Below, piece by piece: positions 6,586 to 15,100 of a stretch of 28,701 nt of DNA. Under the pieces are notes generated by a model. It was not told where the DNA came from. It did not search any database and saw only the letters and a list, made by a program, of their open reading frames with translations. How positions within the stretch are numbered: position 1 is the first letter of the stretch; every line of letters begins with the position of its first letter. The stretch comes from a virus. Its lineage: Duplodnaviria; Caudoviricetes. A program made the position numbers and the translations under genes. The stretch is taken from IMG/VR virus record IMGVR_UViG_3300032112_000001, positions 1-28,701 of that record. One strand, 5' to 3'.

Positions 6586-8252
6586 ACTGGACCACATCCT
6601 GCAAAGACTGGGAGCGCCGCATCGTCAACGGTGAATCACTTATCCCATGCGATCCGCTCTTTCCTGATTACGCCGAATATGCCCTCAGTGTCTTCAAGCA
6701 ACTGCGCGTCTATGACGTACCTGGTCAACCGACAATGGGCGAGTGCTGCAGGGAGTGGGTGTTTGATCTGGTACGGGCCGTTTTCGGGGCGTATGATCAG
6801 GAGTCCGGCCGGAGGCTGATCACTGAGTTTTTATTGCATATCAGTAAGAAGAACACAAAATCAACTATCGCTGCCGGCTTGATGCTGACAGCGGTGATCA
6901 TCAATTGGAGAGACGGGGCCGAGTTCCTTATCCTGGCCCCGACAATCGAGGTTGCCGGCAACAGTTACGTACCTGCCCGCTGGATGATAAAGCTCGACGA
7001 CGACCTCAATGCGCTTTTCCACGTTCAGGATCATATCAGGACAATCACCCACAGGGAGAACGGCACGGCCATGAAGGTTGTCGCCGCCGACAAGGACACT
7101 GTTTCAGGCAAGAAGGCAACCGGCGTTCTTATTGACGAACTATGGCTCTTTGGCGAGAAACCGAACGCCGAGAACATGCTGACCGAGGCGACGGGTGGCC
7201 TCGCGTCACGCCCAGAGGGGTTCGTCGCCTACCTGACCACGCAATCGGACAAGCCCCCTGCTGGCATCTTTGCAAAGAAACTAGAGTACGGGCGCGGTGT
7301 CCGTGATGGCCGGATAGACGATCCGGCTTTCATGCCGATCTTGTACGAGTTCCCGCCGGCGATGGTCGAATCGAAGGCATACGAACTGCCAGAGAATTTC
7401 TACGTGACGAACCCGAATCTCGGCCTATCCGTCGACGTGCCTTTCTTGGAGCGTAAGGCGAGGATGGCTGAAGAGGATGGAGAGGAATCGTTGCAGGGGT
7501 TCAGGGCGAAGCACCTGAATGTCCAGGTAGGCACCGTCCTCCGCTCTGAGCGCTGGACCGGGGCCGACTATTGGGATGCGTGCGACGGGCAGATGACGCT
7601 TGACGACATCATCGAGCGGTCGGAGGTCATAGTTGCCGGGGTGGACGGCGGAGGACTTGACGACCTGCTCGGGTTCGCGGTGATTGGCCGTGAGAAAGAG
7701 ACTGGTAACTGGTTGCTGTGGAACCGTGCATGGTGCGATCCGGTTGCGCTTGAGCGTAGGAAATCTGAAGCTGATCGCTATCGAGACTTTGCGCGGGCCG
7801 ATGAGATGGCAATCGTTCCGATTGGGCGCGATATCGATGAATTGTGCGAGATCATCAGCAAGATCGAGGCGTCTGGACTACTCGACAGGATCGCTGTTGA
7901 TCCGCTCGGTCTCGGCGGGATAGTCGATGGAATAACCGATACCGGAATTGATCACGAACGCGTCGTCGGCATCCCACAAGGGTACAAACTCAGCGGGGCG
8001 ATACAGACCACGGCGCGGAAATGCGCCGAGGGAACACTTATTCACGGAGGCCAGTCGCTTATGCAGTGGTGCGTCAGCAACGCCAGAGTTGAGAAGAAAG
8101 GCAATGCAGACATAGTGACGAAACAGGCAAGCGGGACAGGCAAGATTGATCCGCTGGTGGCAACGTTCTGCGCTGTCGCGCTTATGGCGCTCAATCCTGA
8201 GCCTCGCGGTGGGCGGTCTGTTTACGAAGATCGGGGGATGCTGGTTATATAA
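6582..8252 (+). CDS. terL: terminase large subunit
   Basis: Walker A variant ISKKNTKST, Walker B VLIDELW, YLTT motif III, nuclease GVDGGGLDDL and KIDP. Confidence 0.95.
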   Translation: MNWTTSCKDWERRIVNGESLIPCDPLFPDYAEYALSVFKQLRVYDVPGQPTMGECCREWVFDLVRAVFGAYDQESGRRLITEFLLHISKKNTKSTIAAGLMLTAVIINWRDGAEFLILAPTIEVAGNSYVPARWMIKLDDDLNALFHVQDHIRTITHRENGTAMKVVAADKDTVSGKKATGVLIDELWLFGEKPNAENMLTEATGGLASRPEGFVAYLTTQSDKPPAGIFAKKLEYGRGVRDGRIDDPAFMPILYEFPPAMVESKAYELPENFYVTNPNLGLSVDVPFLERKARMAEEDGEESLQGFRAKHLNVQVGTVLRSERWTGADYWDACDGQMTLDDIIERSEVIVAGVDGGGLDDLLGFAVIGREKETGNWLLWNRAWCDPVALERRKSEADRYRDFARADEMAIVPIGRDIDELCEIISKIEASGLLDRIAVDPLGLGGIVDGITDTGIDHERVVGIPQGYKLSGAIQTTARKCAEGTLIHGGQSLMQWCVSNARVEKKGNADIVTKQASGTGKIDPLVATFCAVALMALNPEPRGGRSVYEDRGMLVI

Positions 8253-8271
8253 TACTTGAGCTGGGTTACAA

Positions 8272-8472
8272 ATGAAAAATCTAGAGGAACGTGCATGGGA
8301 AAAGTTTGCAGAGAGACAGGGGTTTACCGAGCAAGAGCTACAAAATCCAGAATTTTGCATAGCGATGAAAAAAACGCTCGAATTTGCTAATTTCAGACTT
8401 TACACAGCTATTTGCGAGATCGGTGCAGTCGTCGCCGTAAACCTTGGGATCATTAAAAGACCAAAATGGTGA
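8272..8472 (+). CDS. hypothetical protein
   Basis: 66-aa ORF overlapping the next gene; relatively AT-rich. Confidence 0.55.
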   Translation: MKNLEERAWEKFAERQGFTEQELQNPEFCIAMKKTLEFANFRLYTAICEIGAVVAVNLGIIKRPKW

Positions 8473-8708
8473 AATCCGACCTCCAGCAACTCATCGACAA
8501 CTGCGACGACGACCAATGCGAGATAATCGCCGGAATCGTGCTGCGGGTGATGTCGATCAAGGCAGAGCGGTGGACCGGCAACCTGGCGCTCTCTCTGAAC
8601 GCCGTGTCCGGTGTTGTTGCCGACATGCACGTCAATCGTGGGGAGGTTGTGAGATTACGTAAAAGTAATTCAAAAAACAAAAATGAAATTGTGCTTTCGG
8701 TGATGTAA
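8466..8708 (+). CDS. small protein, loosely DUF2292/YezD-like; candidate late-gene regulator
   Basis: Helix followed by WTGNLALSLN..SGVVADMHVNRGEVVRL, reminiscent of the DUF2292 G.v.i...G.v..i...e..rl pattern; directly upstream of the promoter/attenuator. Confidence 0.5.
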   Translation: MVKSDLQQLIDNCDDDQCEIIAGIVLRVMSIKAERWTGNLALSLNAVSGVVADMHVNRGEVVRLRKSNSKNKNEIVLSVM

Positions 8709-8716
8709 TTTATTTA

Positions 8717-8745
8717 TTGACTATTCCGCAAAAACGGAATATAAG
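8717..8745 (+). promoter_or_regulatory. sigma70-type promoter with palindromic operator in the spacer
   Basis: TTGACT (8717-8722), 17 bp, TATAAG (8740-8745); AT-rich upstream; perfect inverted repeat TATTCCG-N6-CGGAATA at 8722-8741. Confidence 0.8.
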
Positions 8746-8764
8746 GAGAATTGAGATAGTTTAA

Positions 8765-8808
8765 CTTGGATAGCTGAATCCGGAAATACCGGGAAATGAA
8801 GCTCCAGG
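8765..8808 (+). promoter_or_regulatory. putative antiterminator hairpin with kink-turn-like internal loop
   Basis: CTTGG(AT)AGCT 8765-8775 pairs with AGCTCCAGG 8800-8808; tandem GA/GA (8776-77 and 8798-99), AAT bulge, inner stem TCCGG/CCGGG. Confidence 0.6.
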
Positions 8809-8845
8809 ACGCCAGAATAAGTGCGTCTTGGAGCTTTTTGCGTTT
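8799..8845 (+). terminator. intrinsic terminator upstream of the head operon
   Basis: Stem AAGCTCCAGGACGC (8799-8812) / GCGTCTTGGAGCTT (8823-8836), one G-U pair, ending in TTTTTGCGTTT. Confidence 0.85.
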
Positions 8846-8856
8846 CAGGGGTCTGA

Positions 8857-9033
8857 ATGGCTGCAGCCGTCAAAGTTCTGCCTGACATAATGATCATCAT
8901 TGGCCTTGCCCTGCTTGGGTACGGCCTTTTTTTGTTCGCGCCGTGGGTGTCGTTCTCAGTGGTTGGCGGGCTACTGTTTCTCATTGGCCTGTTCGCGGCA
9001 GTAAAAACCAGCATCCCGACAGGAGAAAAGTAG
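8857..9033 (+). CDS. 58-aa two-TM membrane protein preceding the portal (absent from ORF track)
   Basis: MAAAVKVLPDIMIIIGLALLGYGLFLFAPWVSFSVVGGLLFLIGLFAAVKTSIPTGEK; small membrane genes are common at this position in HK97-like phages. Confidence 0.75.
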   Translation: MAAAVKVLPDIMIIIGLALLGYGLFLFAPWVSFSVVGGLLFLIGLFAAVKTSIPTGEK

Positions 9034-9036
9034 AAC

Positions 9037-10281
9037 ATGGGCCTTTTCTCCGGCATGTTTGAACAGCGAGTATCGACCGCGCATCCGCGTGATCCGGTAA
9101 TTGCTGAATTGTTTGGGGGGACAATCAACACCGCATCCGGCATGGTTGTCACTCCTGACAGTGCCATGCGTGAGGCTGCAGTCTACGCTTGCACAAGGGT
9201 ACTTGCAGAATCTGTCGCACAACTGCCGTTGCACGTATACCGGCGACGAAAGAACGGACATGGGAAAGACCGCGCCGACGATCACCCTCTTTATGATCTG
9301 CTGCACAACCGCCCGAACAGACGACAAACATCTTTCGAGTTTCGGGAATGGTTGATGGGCGCTGTCGTTCTGCGCGGGAACGCCTGCAGCCTAATTGTTC
9401 CGACCGGAGGATCGGCAGTCGGCGAGCTTATCCCGCTGCACCCAGAACTACTAGCAATCTTCGAGGCGAAAGACGGACGAAGGGCATACAGATACTATCA
9501 TGCATCAGGGAAAGAGGTTGTGTACCTGCAGGACGAGATTTTCCATGTATCTGGTCTATCTCTCGATGGCGGGATCTCCGGGCTTTCTCCGATTACTTAT
9601 CACCGCGAGACGGTAGGCGCTTCAATGGCAGTGCGTGAGTTTGGCGCGAGGTTGTTCAAAAACGGGACGCATATCGGAACGGTGTTTGAGCATCCAGGGA
9701 GGATGAGTGAGAACGCCAGGGACAACCTAAAAAAGAGTCTTGATTCTGGTTTTTCCGCAGTGATGAACGCTGGAAAAACCTTGATTGCAGAAGAGGGCAT
9801 GAAGGTCGCCAAGCTCGGCATGACCAGCGAGGACGCACAATACCTTGAGACACGCAAGTTCAGCCGCGCAGAGATAGCAAGCATATTCCGGGTTCCTCCT
9901 CACAAGATAGGCGATCTTGAACGGGCAACATTCAGCAACATTGAGCAGCAGTCCATCGAGTTCGTCACTGATTCCCTGATGCCGTGGCTTGTCCGCATCG
10001 AACAGGCAATTTCCCGCGATTTGATCAGCGAGAAGGATCGGAAGCGTGGGTTCTTCGCTGAGTTCAATGTCATGGGCCTGCTTCGTGGCGATGCTGACGC
10101 CAGGGCGAAATATTACAAGGCCAGGTTTGAAACTGGATCACTCACTCCGAACCAAATCCGGGCGCTTGAAAACGAAAACCCGGAGGACGGCGGCGACTCC
10201 TGTTTCGTCCCGCTGAACATGATCCCGATTGAACTGGCAGGGAAGAACATCGACAACAACGCCGGAGGCAATGAGGCATGA
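9037..10281 (+). CDS. HK97-family portal protein
   Basis: AVYAC.RVLAESVAQLPL, LRGNA, DEIFH, GLSPI, DAQYLETRKF, IFRVPPHKIG, TFSNIEQQ, LTPNQIR.LEN; AGGAG RBS. Confidence 0.96.
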   Translation: MGLFSGMFEQRVSTAHPRDPVIAELFGGTINTASGMVVTPDSAMREAAVYACTRVLAESVAQLPLHVYRRRKNGHGKDRADDHPLYDLLHNRPNRRQTSFEFREWLMGAVVLRGNACSLIVPTGGSAVGELIPLHPELLAIFEAKDGRRAYRYYHASGKEVVYLQDEIFHVSGLSLDGGISGLSPITYHRETVGASMAVREFGARLFKNGTHIGTVFEHPGRMSENARDNLKKSLDSGFSAVMNAGKTLIAEEGMKVAKLGMTSEDAQYLETRKFSRAEIASIFRVPPHKIGDLERATFSNIEQQSIEFVTDSLMPWLVRIEQAISRDLISEKDRKRGFFAEFNVMGLLRGDADARAKYYKARFETGSLTPNQIRALENENPEDGGDSCFVPLNMIPIELAGKNIDNNAGGNEA

Positions 10282-10862
10282 AGGACATAGAACGCAGGAC
10301 GATAGCCGTCGAGATGCGGGTCGAACGCCGCGATCAGGAAACACCGAAGATTGTAGGCCATGCCGCGCTGTTCAATACTCTTTCCGAAGACCTTGGCGGG
10401 TTCCGCGAACAGATTGCGCCCGGCGCATTCGCTGAAGCAGTGAAAGAAGACGATGTCCGCGCCTTGTGGAACCACAATCCGGACCATGTGCTCGGGCGCT
10501 CAAAGGCCGGCACGCTACTGCTCAAAGAGGACGACAAAGGACTTGCAATAGAGATTATCCCGCCAGACACGCAACTTGCTCGTGATCTGATGACCAGTAT
10601 GGACCGTGGCGATATTACGCAGATGTCTTTCGCCTTCTCCGTCAAACCGAACGGGCAGAATTGGGGAGAAGGTGAAGACGGGATGGATGTCAGGACACTG
10701 ACTGACGTCAGGCTTTATGATGTTTCCCCTGTTACGTATCCTGCATACACGCAGACCGATGTCGCCGTCAGAAGTTTCAGGGAATACCTCGAAAAAAAGG
10801 AAAAAACCGTCGACTACAGCAACGAGCGCCGACGGCTTGAATTGATAGAAATCGATGATTGA
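10278..10862 (+). CDS. HK97-family prohead maturation protease
   Basis: GHAALFN, FREQIAPGAF, LWNH, LGRS, RGDITQMSFAF, LYDVSPVTYPAY. Confidence 0.95.
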   Translation: MKDIERRTIAVEMRVERRDQETPKIVGHAALFNTLSEDLGGFREQIAPGAFAEAVKEDDVRALWNHNPDHVLGRSKAGTLLLKEDDKGLAIEIIPPDTQLARDLMTSMDRGDITQMSFAFSVKPNGQNWGEGEDGMDVRTLTDVRLYDVSPVTYPAYTQTDVAVRSFREYLEKKEKTVDYSNERRRLELIEIDD

Positions 10863-10920
10863 TCCGGCGTGGTGCCGGGTAATGCGATGGCCCGCAAACC
10901 ATAACTGATGAGGTAATAAA

Positions 10921-12150
10921 ATGGCCGATTTGAAGGAACTCCGAAACCAGCGTGGCAAGGCCATCGCCGACGCCCGCGCACTGTTGGACAAGGCAGAAGC
11001 CGAAAAGCGGCAGATGTCCGAGGAAGAGAGCAAGGCATACGATGGATTGATTGCCGAGTCTCAGCGGCTGAAAGACTTAATCACCCGCGAAGAGCGGCAG
11101 CAGGAGCTTGACCGCGAGGTAGCCGAACTTGCGATCCGCAGCGAAGAGAGCGCCGGGAAGAAAGATGAACGCAAGGATGGACGATCTCTGTTTGCTTCCG
11201 ATGAATATCGCAGAGCATTCATGAACTACTGTGTAAGTGGAGCAGGGGGGCTTGACAGTAACGAGATTCGCGCCCTGTCCGCCGGCAAGTCGACAGAGGG
11301 CGGCTTCCTGCTCCCAGAGCAGATGCTTGACCAGATCCTTAAGGGCATCGACGACATGGTATTCATCCGCCAGAAGGCAACAAAGTTCCGCGTCCCCGCT
11401 GCCATCTCACTTGGCGTTCCGACCATGACCGCCGATGCCGCCGATGCCGACTGGACAACCGAGCTTGCAACCGGCAGCGAAGACAGCTCGCTGACTTTTG
11501 GAAAGCGCGCGCTGTATCCGCAGAAACCGATTGCCAAGCGCATCAAGATCAGCAATCAGCTGCTCCAGCAGTTACCCGGGGTTGAGGACTTCGTCCGTGG
11601 CCGCCTGATATACAAATTCGGAATCACCCACGAGAAGGCGTTTCTGACCGGTTCAGGATCTGGTCAGCCACTTGGCTTGTTCACGGCATCGTCAAGCGGC
11701 ATTTCAACCGGCAGGGACGTTTCCACCGGGAACGAAGCAACCTTCCCGACATTCGACGGACTGACAGAAGCAAAATACAGCCTCAAGGGCCAGTATTGGA
11801 ACCGCTCCGACTGGATGTTCCACCGCGATTGTCTGAAGCTGTTGGCAAAACTCAAGGACGGTGAAGGTCAGTATATCTGGCGCGAATCGGTACGTGCAGG
11901 CGAGCCCGATCTGCTGCTCGGTCGCCCGGTCTACATGAGTGAGTATGTACCGAACACCTTCACGACCGGCCTTTATGTCGGACTTCTCGGCGACTTCTCC
12001 TTCTATTGGATAGCCGACGCTCTCGACATGACCATCCAGCGACTTGTTGAGTTGTACGCAGAATCGAATCAGACCGGACTGATTGGGCGGATGTCGTCCG
12101 ATGGTATGCCGGTGCTTGAAGAGGCTTTTGCCCGCGTGAAATTGGGCTGA
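10921..12150 (+). CDS. HK97-fold major capsid protein with delta (scaffold) domain
   Basis: Coiled-coil N-terminus; EGGFLLPE, AFLTGSGSGQPLGL, LKDGEGQYIW, LLGRPV, GDFS. Confidence 0.96.
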   Translation: MADLKELRNQRGKAIADARALLDKAEAEKRQMSEEESKAYDGLIAESQRLKDLITREERQQELDREVAELAIRSEESAGKKDERKDGRSLFASDEYRRAFMNYCVSGAGGLDSNEIRALSAGKSTEGGFLLPEQMLDQILKGIDDMVFIRQKATKFRVPAAISLGVPTMTADAADADWTTELATGSEDSSLTFGKRALYPQKPIAKRIKISNQLLQQLPGVEDFVRGRLIYKFGITHEKAFLTGSGSGQPLGLFTASSSGISTGRDVSTGNEATFPTFDGLTEAKYSLKGQYWNRSDWMFHRDCLKLLAKLKDGEGQYIWRESVRAGEPDLLLGRPVYMSEYVPNTFTTGLYVGLLGDFSFYWIADALDMTIQRLVELYAESNQTGLIGRMSSDGMPVLEEAFARVKLG

Positions 12151-12181
12151 TAGCAAATAACCATTACTCGGAGCAAAGACC

Positions 12182-12622
12182 ATGAGCAATCTCTTTGGGA
12201 AAGTGAAAATCGATCAGGTGCTCGGCTACTATGCAGCCGGCACCACCAAGCGGACGTCGGATATCGTCGATATGCAGGGGTGGGAAGGCTGCATCTTCGT
12301 CGCCGAACTCGGGACCATCATTGAAAACGGCACCATCGACGTTTTCGTCGACCAGAATACCGCGAATAGCACAAGCGGCATGGCCAGGCTTGCCACCACC
12401 ACGGCGCATACCGTGACCGCAGCAGACGCTGCGCTTGCCAAGTCGTGCATTGTCGTTGACGTGTACAAGCCGCGCGAACGGTACTTGGAGTGCAACATCA
12501 CGCCGGCAACGCAGAACGCCGTGATCCTAGGCATTACCGCTATTCGTTACAACGGCAGCTATGCACCGAATGTTTCTGGGCCACTGAAGTCAACCGTGCT
12601 TGCTTCGCCGGCAGAGGCATAA
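12182..12622 (+). CDS. putative capsid cement/decoration protein
   Basis: Directly after the capsid gene; beta-rich, VDMQGWEG...ERYL pattern; GGAG RBS. Confidence 0.6.
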   Translation: MSNLFGKVKIDQVLGYYAAGTTKRTSDIVDMQGWEGCIFVAELGTIIENGTIDVFVDQNTANSTSGMARLATTTAHTVTAADAALAKSCIVVDVYKPRERYLECNITPATQNAVILGITAIRYNGSYAPNVSGPLKSTVLASPAEA

Positions 12623-12636
12623 TCTGGAGATCGGCA

Positions 12637-12840
12637 ATGCTGGTGACGATGAAAACGACGATGGCCGGGCCTGATCTGATAGCCCATTACGGGCAGAAGA
12701 TCGATGTGCCTGAAGATTTAGCGAGCGCGCTCATTGAGGGCGGGTTTGCCATACCCGCGAATAACGCCGTCGAATCAGCCAGCATTGCCGCGCCAGAAAC
12801 GGCAATCATGCCGAAACCATCACGCAAGAGAGGCAAATAA
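12637..12840 (+). CDS. small post-capsid hypothetical protein
   Basis: GGAG RBS; G..IDVPE..A..LI..G.A pattern with basic tail. Confidence 0.7.
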   Translation: MLVTMKTTMAGPDLIAHYGQKIDVPEDLASALIEGGFAIPANNAVESASIAAPETAIMPKPSRKRGK

Positions 12841-12843
12841 ACC

Positions 12844-13326
12844 ATGTCGTATACAACGAAAGTTTATATGACCGACGGCGGCGACACTCAGGTGATTGCC
12901 TCTGGCGGTGCTTTGAAATGTGAATCCGGATCAATCCCTGTTGGGGTTGTCCTGAATACTCGACACAGGGTGACAACCGCCGAAGTCAATGCAGGCCATA
13001 CGTTGCTCGCAGCGCTTGCCGGGTATGCGTATCGAATGGTCGGTTGTGAAGCAATAGCCATCGGTGGCGCCGCTGCGACCGTAACGACAGTTGACATTCT
13101 TGGAACGTCCTCCAGTTCGAGGAAGCTGGTGGCATTTGCACAGGCATCGCTGACGCAATCAGCTGTTTTGAAAGCCGGTGGAACAGGTGCCAATGTTCTT
13201 GCTGATGGCGCAAGTTTTACCACCAATGATGCAAATACAGCAATCACCATCGGGAAAACCGGCAGCGACCTTGCCACCGCAACGCACATTGACGTCATTT
13301 TGACCTATGTGATTGAAGAGGCGTAA
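12844..13326 (+). CDS. putative virion (head decoration/fibre) protein
   Basis: GAGG RBS; Ala/Thr/Gly-rich beta protein in the head module. Confidence 0.65.
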   Translation: MSYTTKVYMTDGGDTQVIASGGALKCESGSIPVGVVLNTRHRVTTAEVNAGHTLLAALAGYAYRMVGCEAIAIGGAAATVTTVDILGTSSSSRKLVAFAQASLTQSAVLKAGGTGANVLADGASFTTNDANTAITIGKTGSDLATATHIDVILTYVIEEA

Positions 13327-13327
13327 C

Positions 13328-13906
13328 GTGCTGAAACTTATCACCGCGCCAACAGTTGAGCCGGTAACGCTCACAGAGGTCAAGGAACAGGCGGTCATCG
13401 GCGTTTCAACCGATGATACTCTGTTGACGCGGTTGATCAGTGTCGCACGGGCAGAGGCCGAGGGGATAACTCAACGCAGCCTGGCACCAACGACGTGGGA
13501 GGTCGTGCTTGATACATGGCCGAGTCGGGAAATCAGGCTGCCGCGTGGTCCGGTGACGGCTGTCTCGTCGGTAAAGTATTACGACGAAGATGGTGTTGAG
13601 CAAACGCTTTCGGCGTCGATTTATGAGACTGACCTTGATTCTCTCGTCGCCAGGGTGCAACCGCGAGACGGAGAAGAGTGGCCAGACCTGGCGGTTATGG
13701 CAAACGCAGTCAGGGTTCGATATACGGCAGGGTGGACGGCGTCTGCCATTCCGGTAGAAATAAAGCAGTGGATCCTTGTTCGAGTGGCAGGCCTGTACGC
13801 GCAGCGCGAGAACTTCGTCGCCGGGAATGGGGCGCCAAACGTCGTTCCAATGCCGCGCAACTTCGTTGACGCGTTGCTCGACCAGTATACGGTTGTCGAG
13901 GTGTGA
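13328..13906 (+). CDS. head-tail connector (HK97 gp6 / phiE125 gp8-like)
   Basis: AP.VEPVTL.EVK...DD.LL..LI..AR..AE.IT.R, V.Y.AGW, IP..IKQWIL, Y..RE. Confidence 0.9.
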   Translation: MLKLITAPTVEPVTLTEVKEQAVIGVSTDDTLLTRLISVARAEAEGITQRSLAPTTWEVVLDTWPSREIRLPRGPVTAVSSVKYYDEDGVEQTLSASIYETDLDSLVARVQPRDGEEWPDLAVMANAVRVRYTAGWTASAIPVEIKQWILVRVAGLYAQRENFVAGNGAPNVVPMPRNFVDALLDQYTVVEV

Positions 13907-14229
13907 TGATGATCGGAGCCGGCGAATACAGGCACACGGCAACGATAGAAAGCCGAACTACAGGCAGGGCAACGAGCGGTGAGTATGTCGAGACATGGAC
14001 AACATTTGCAACGATACGGTGCCGGATTTGGCCTGGGAAGGGGACTGAGTCGAGTGAATCAAAAAGAGAAACTGGCACGACAAACACCCGTTTTTTCTGT
14101 CGCTACATTCCAGGCATCACTGGCGGCATGAGGCTGGTTTTTAATGGCAGATATTACGACATCGTAAACATCTGCAACATCGGTGAAATGAACCGAGAGC
14201 TCGAGATAGCGGCGGTCGAGAAAACATGA
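13906..14229 (+). CDS. head closure/stopper protein (SPP1 gp16-like)
   Basis: AG.YRH..TI, W..FATI, RYIPGIT..MRLV..GR.YDI. Confidence 0.9.
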   Translation: MMIGAGEYRHTATIESRTTGRATSGEYVETWTTFATIRCRIWPGKGTESSESKRETGTTNTRFFCRYIPGITGGMRLVFNGRYYDIVNICNIGEMNRELEIAAVEKT

Positions 14230-14606
14230 GCACGGCATTCATCAAGGCGTCTGTTTCTATCAGTGAAATCGATGGATTTGATGCTGCAATAGACGAGGTG
14301 ATGGCCGCAGTTGACCAGAACCTTGATGAAGTCGCCGAGGTGATGTTCCAGTCTGCAAAAACGACATCGGCTTTTGCAGACAAGACAGGAATGCTGAGAA
14401 GGGCGATCAAAAAAGAGAAAAAAGGGAAATCTTATTATCGAGTGTCGGCCCGGGCGCCACATGCCTATAACGTCGAGTTTGGACATGGGCTGATTGCGTG
14501 GGGAAGGGTGCCCAAAAAAACCAAGTTTGTCCGTGGCAGGTCGTTTCTAAGGAAGGCCAAAGAACTGGCGCTGGTAAGGGCTGTTGAAATATTCAGGCAG
14601 CGATGA
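14226..14606 (+). CDS. HK97 gp10-like tail completion protein
   Basis: KTG.LRRAI, HAY.VEFGH, RSFLRKA. Confidence 0.8.
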   Translation: MSTAFIKASVSISEIDGFDAAIDEVMAAVDQNLDEVAEVMFQSAKTTSAFADKTGMLRRAIKKEKKGKSYYRVSARAPHAYNVEFGHGLIAWGRVPKKTKFVRGRSFLRKAKELALVRAVEIFRQR

Positions 14607-14989
14607 AAACGGTATTTGACGCTCTTTACACCATGGTCTCTGGATCTGCGCTTGATACGGCGGTCGGCGGTCGGTATTTCCCGATCGAGGCCCCTGTCAA
14701 TACTGCGTCTCCACTGGTTGTCGCATCGATCATCGCCGAAACATCACGGCACGAGTTGTCGTATATGTTCGTCGATGTGTTGATTGAGTTTTCTGTCATC
14801 GCCAACAACTTAACGACAATGCACACGGTCTCTGAATTGGTTTTTTCATTATTCGATGATTGCACGCTTACCGGAATAACGAATTATCGGCAACTCGGGC
14901 CGATGCAACGGGAAATAGCACAACCATTGATCGAGGATAGCGTTTACCGGTACGCGATTGAATACCGGCTTAAGTTGCAGAAAGTATAA
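14603..14989 (+). CDS. tail terminator (DUF3168-like)
   Basis: L...VGGRYFP..AP.....P; position before the tail tube gene. Confidence 0.75.
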   Translation: MKTVFDALYTMVSGSALDTAVGGRYFPIEAPVNTASPLVVASIIAETSRHELSYMFVDVLIEFSVIANNLTTMHTVSELVFSLFDDCTLTGITNYRQLGPMQREIAQPLIEDSVYRYAIEYRLKLQKV

Positions 14990-14995
14990 ACCGGG

Positions 14996-15087
14996 CTCTG
15001 CCCACCTATGGCCACAATGGCCATCAAAATTGGCTCCTGACCGTCGTGATGACAGGGCAGAGGGCCAGACTACTGTCGAGATGACAG
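14996..15087 (+). promoter_or_regulatory. structured leader of the tail tube gene
   Basis: Hairpins ATGGCCA-CAA-TGGCCAT (15008-15024), 15031-15066 capped by GTC-GTGAT-GAC, and CTGTC-GAGAT-GACAG (15073-15087) abutting the AAGGAG RBS. Confidence 0.55.
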
Positions 15088-15100
15088 AAGGAGATCAGCA

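Noticed and set aside
10905-10935. CTGATGA resembling a hammerhead ribozyme core before the capsid gene
   Set aside because: No GAAA follows a plausible stem II (GATT instead); the GAGG is simply the capsid RBS
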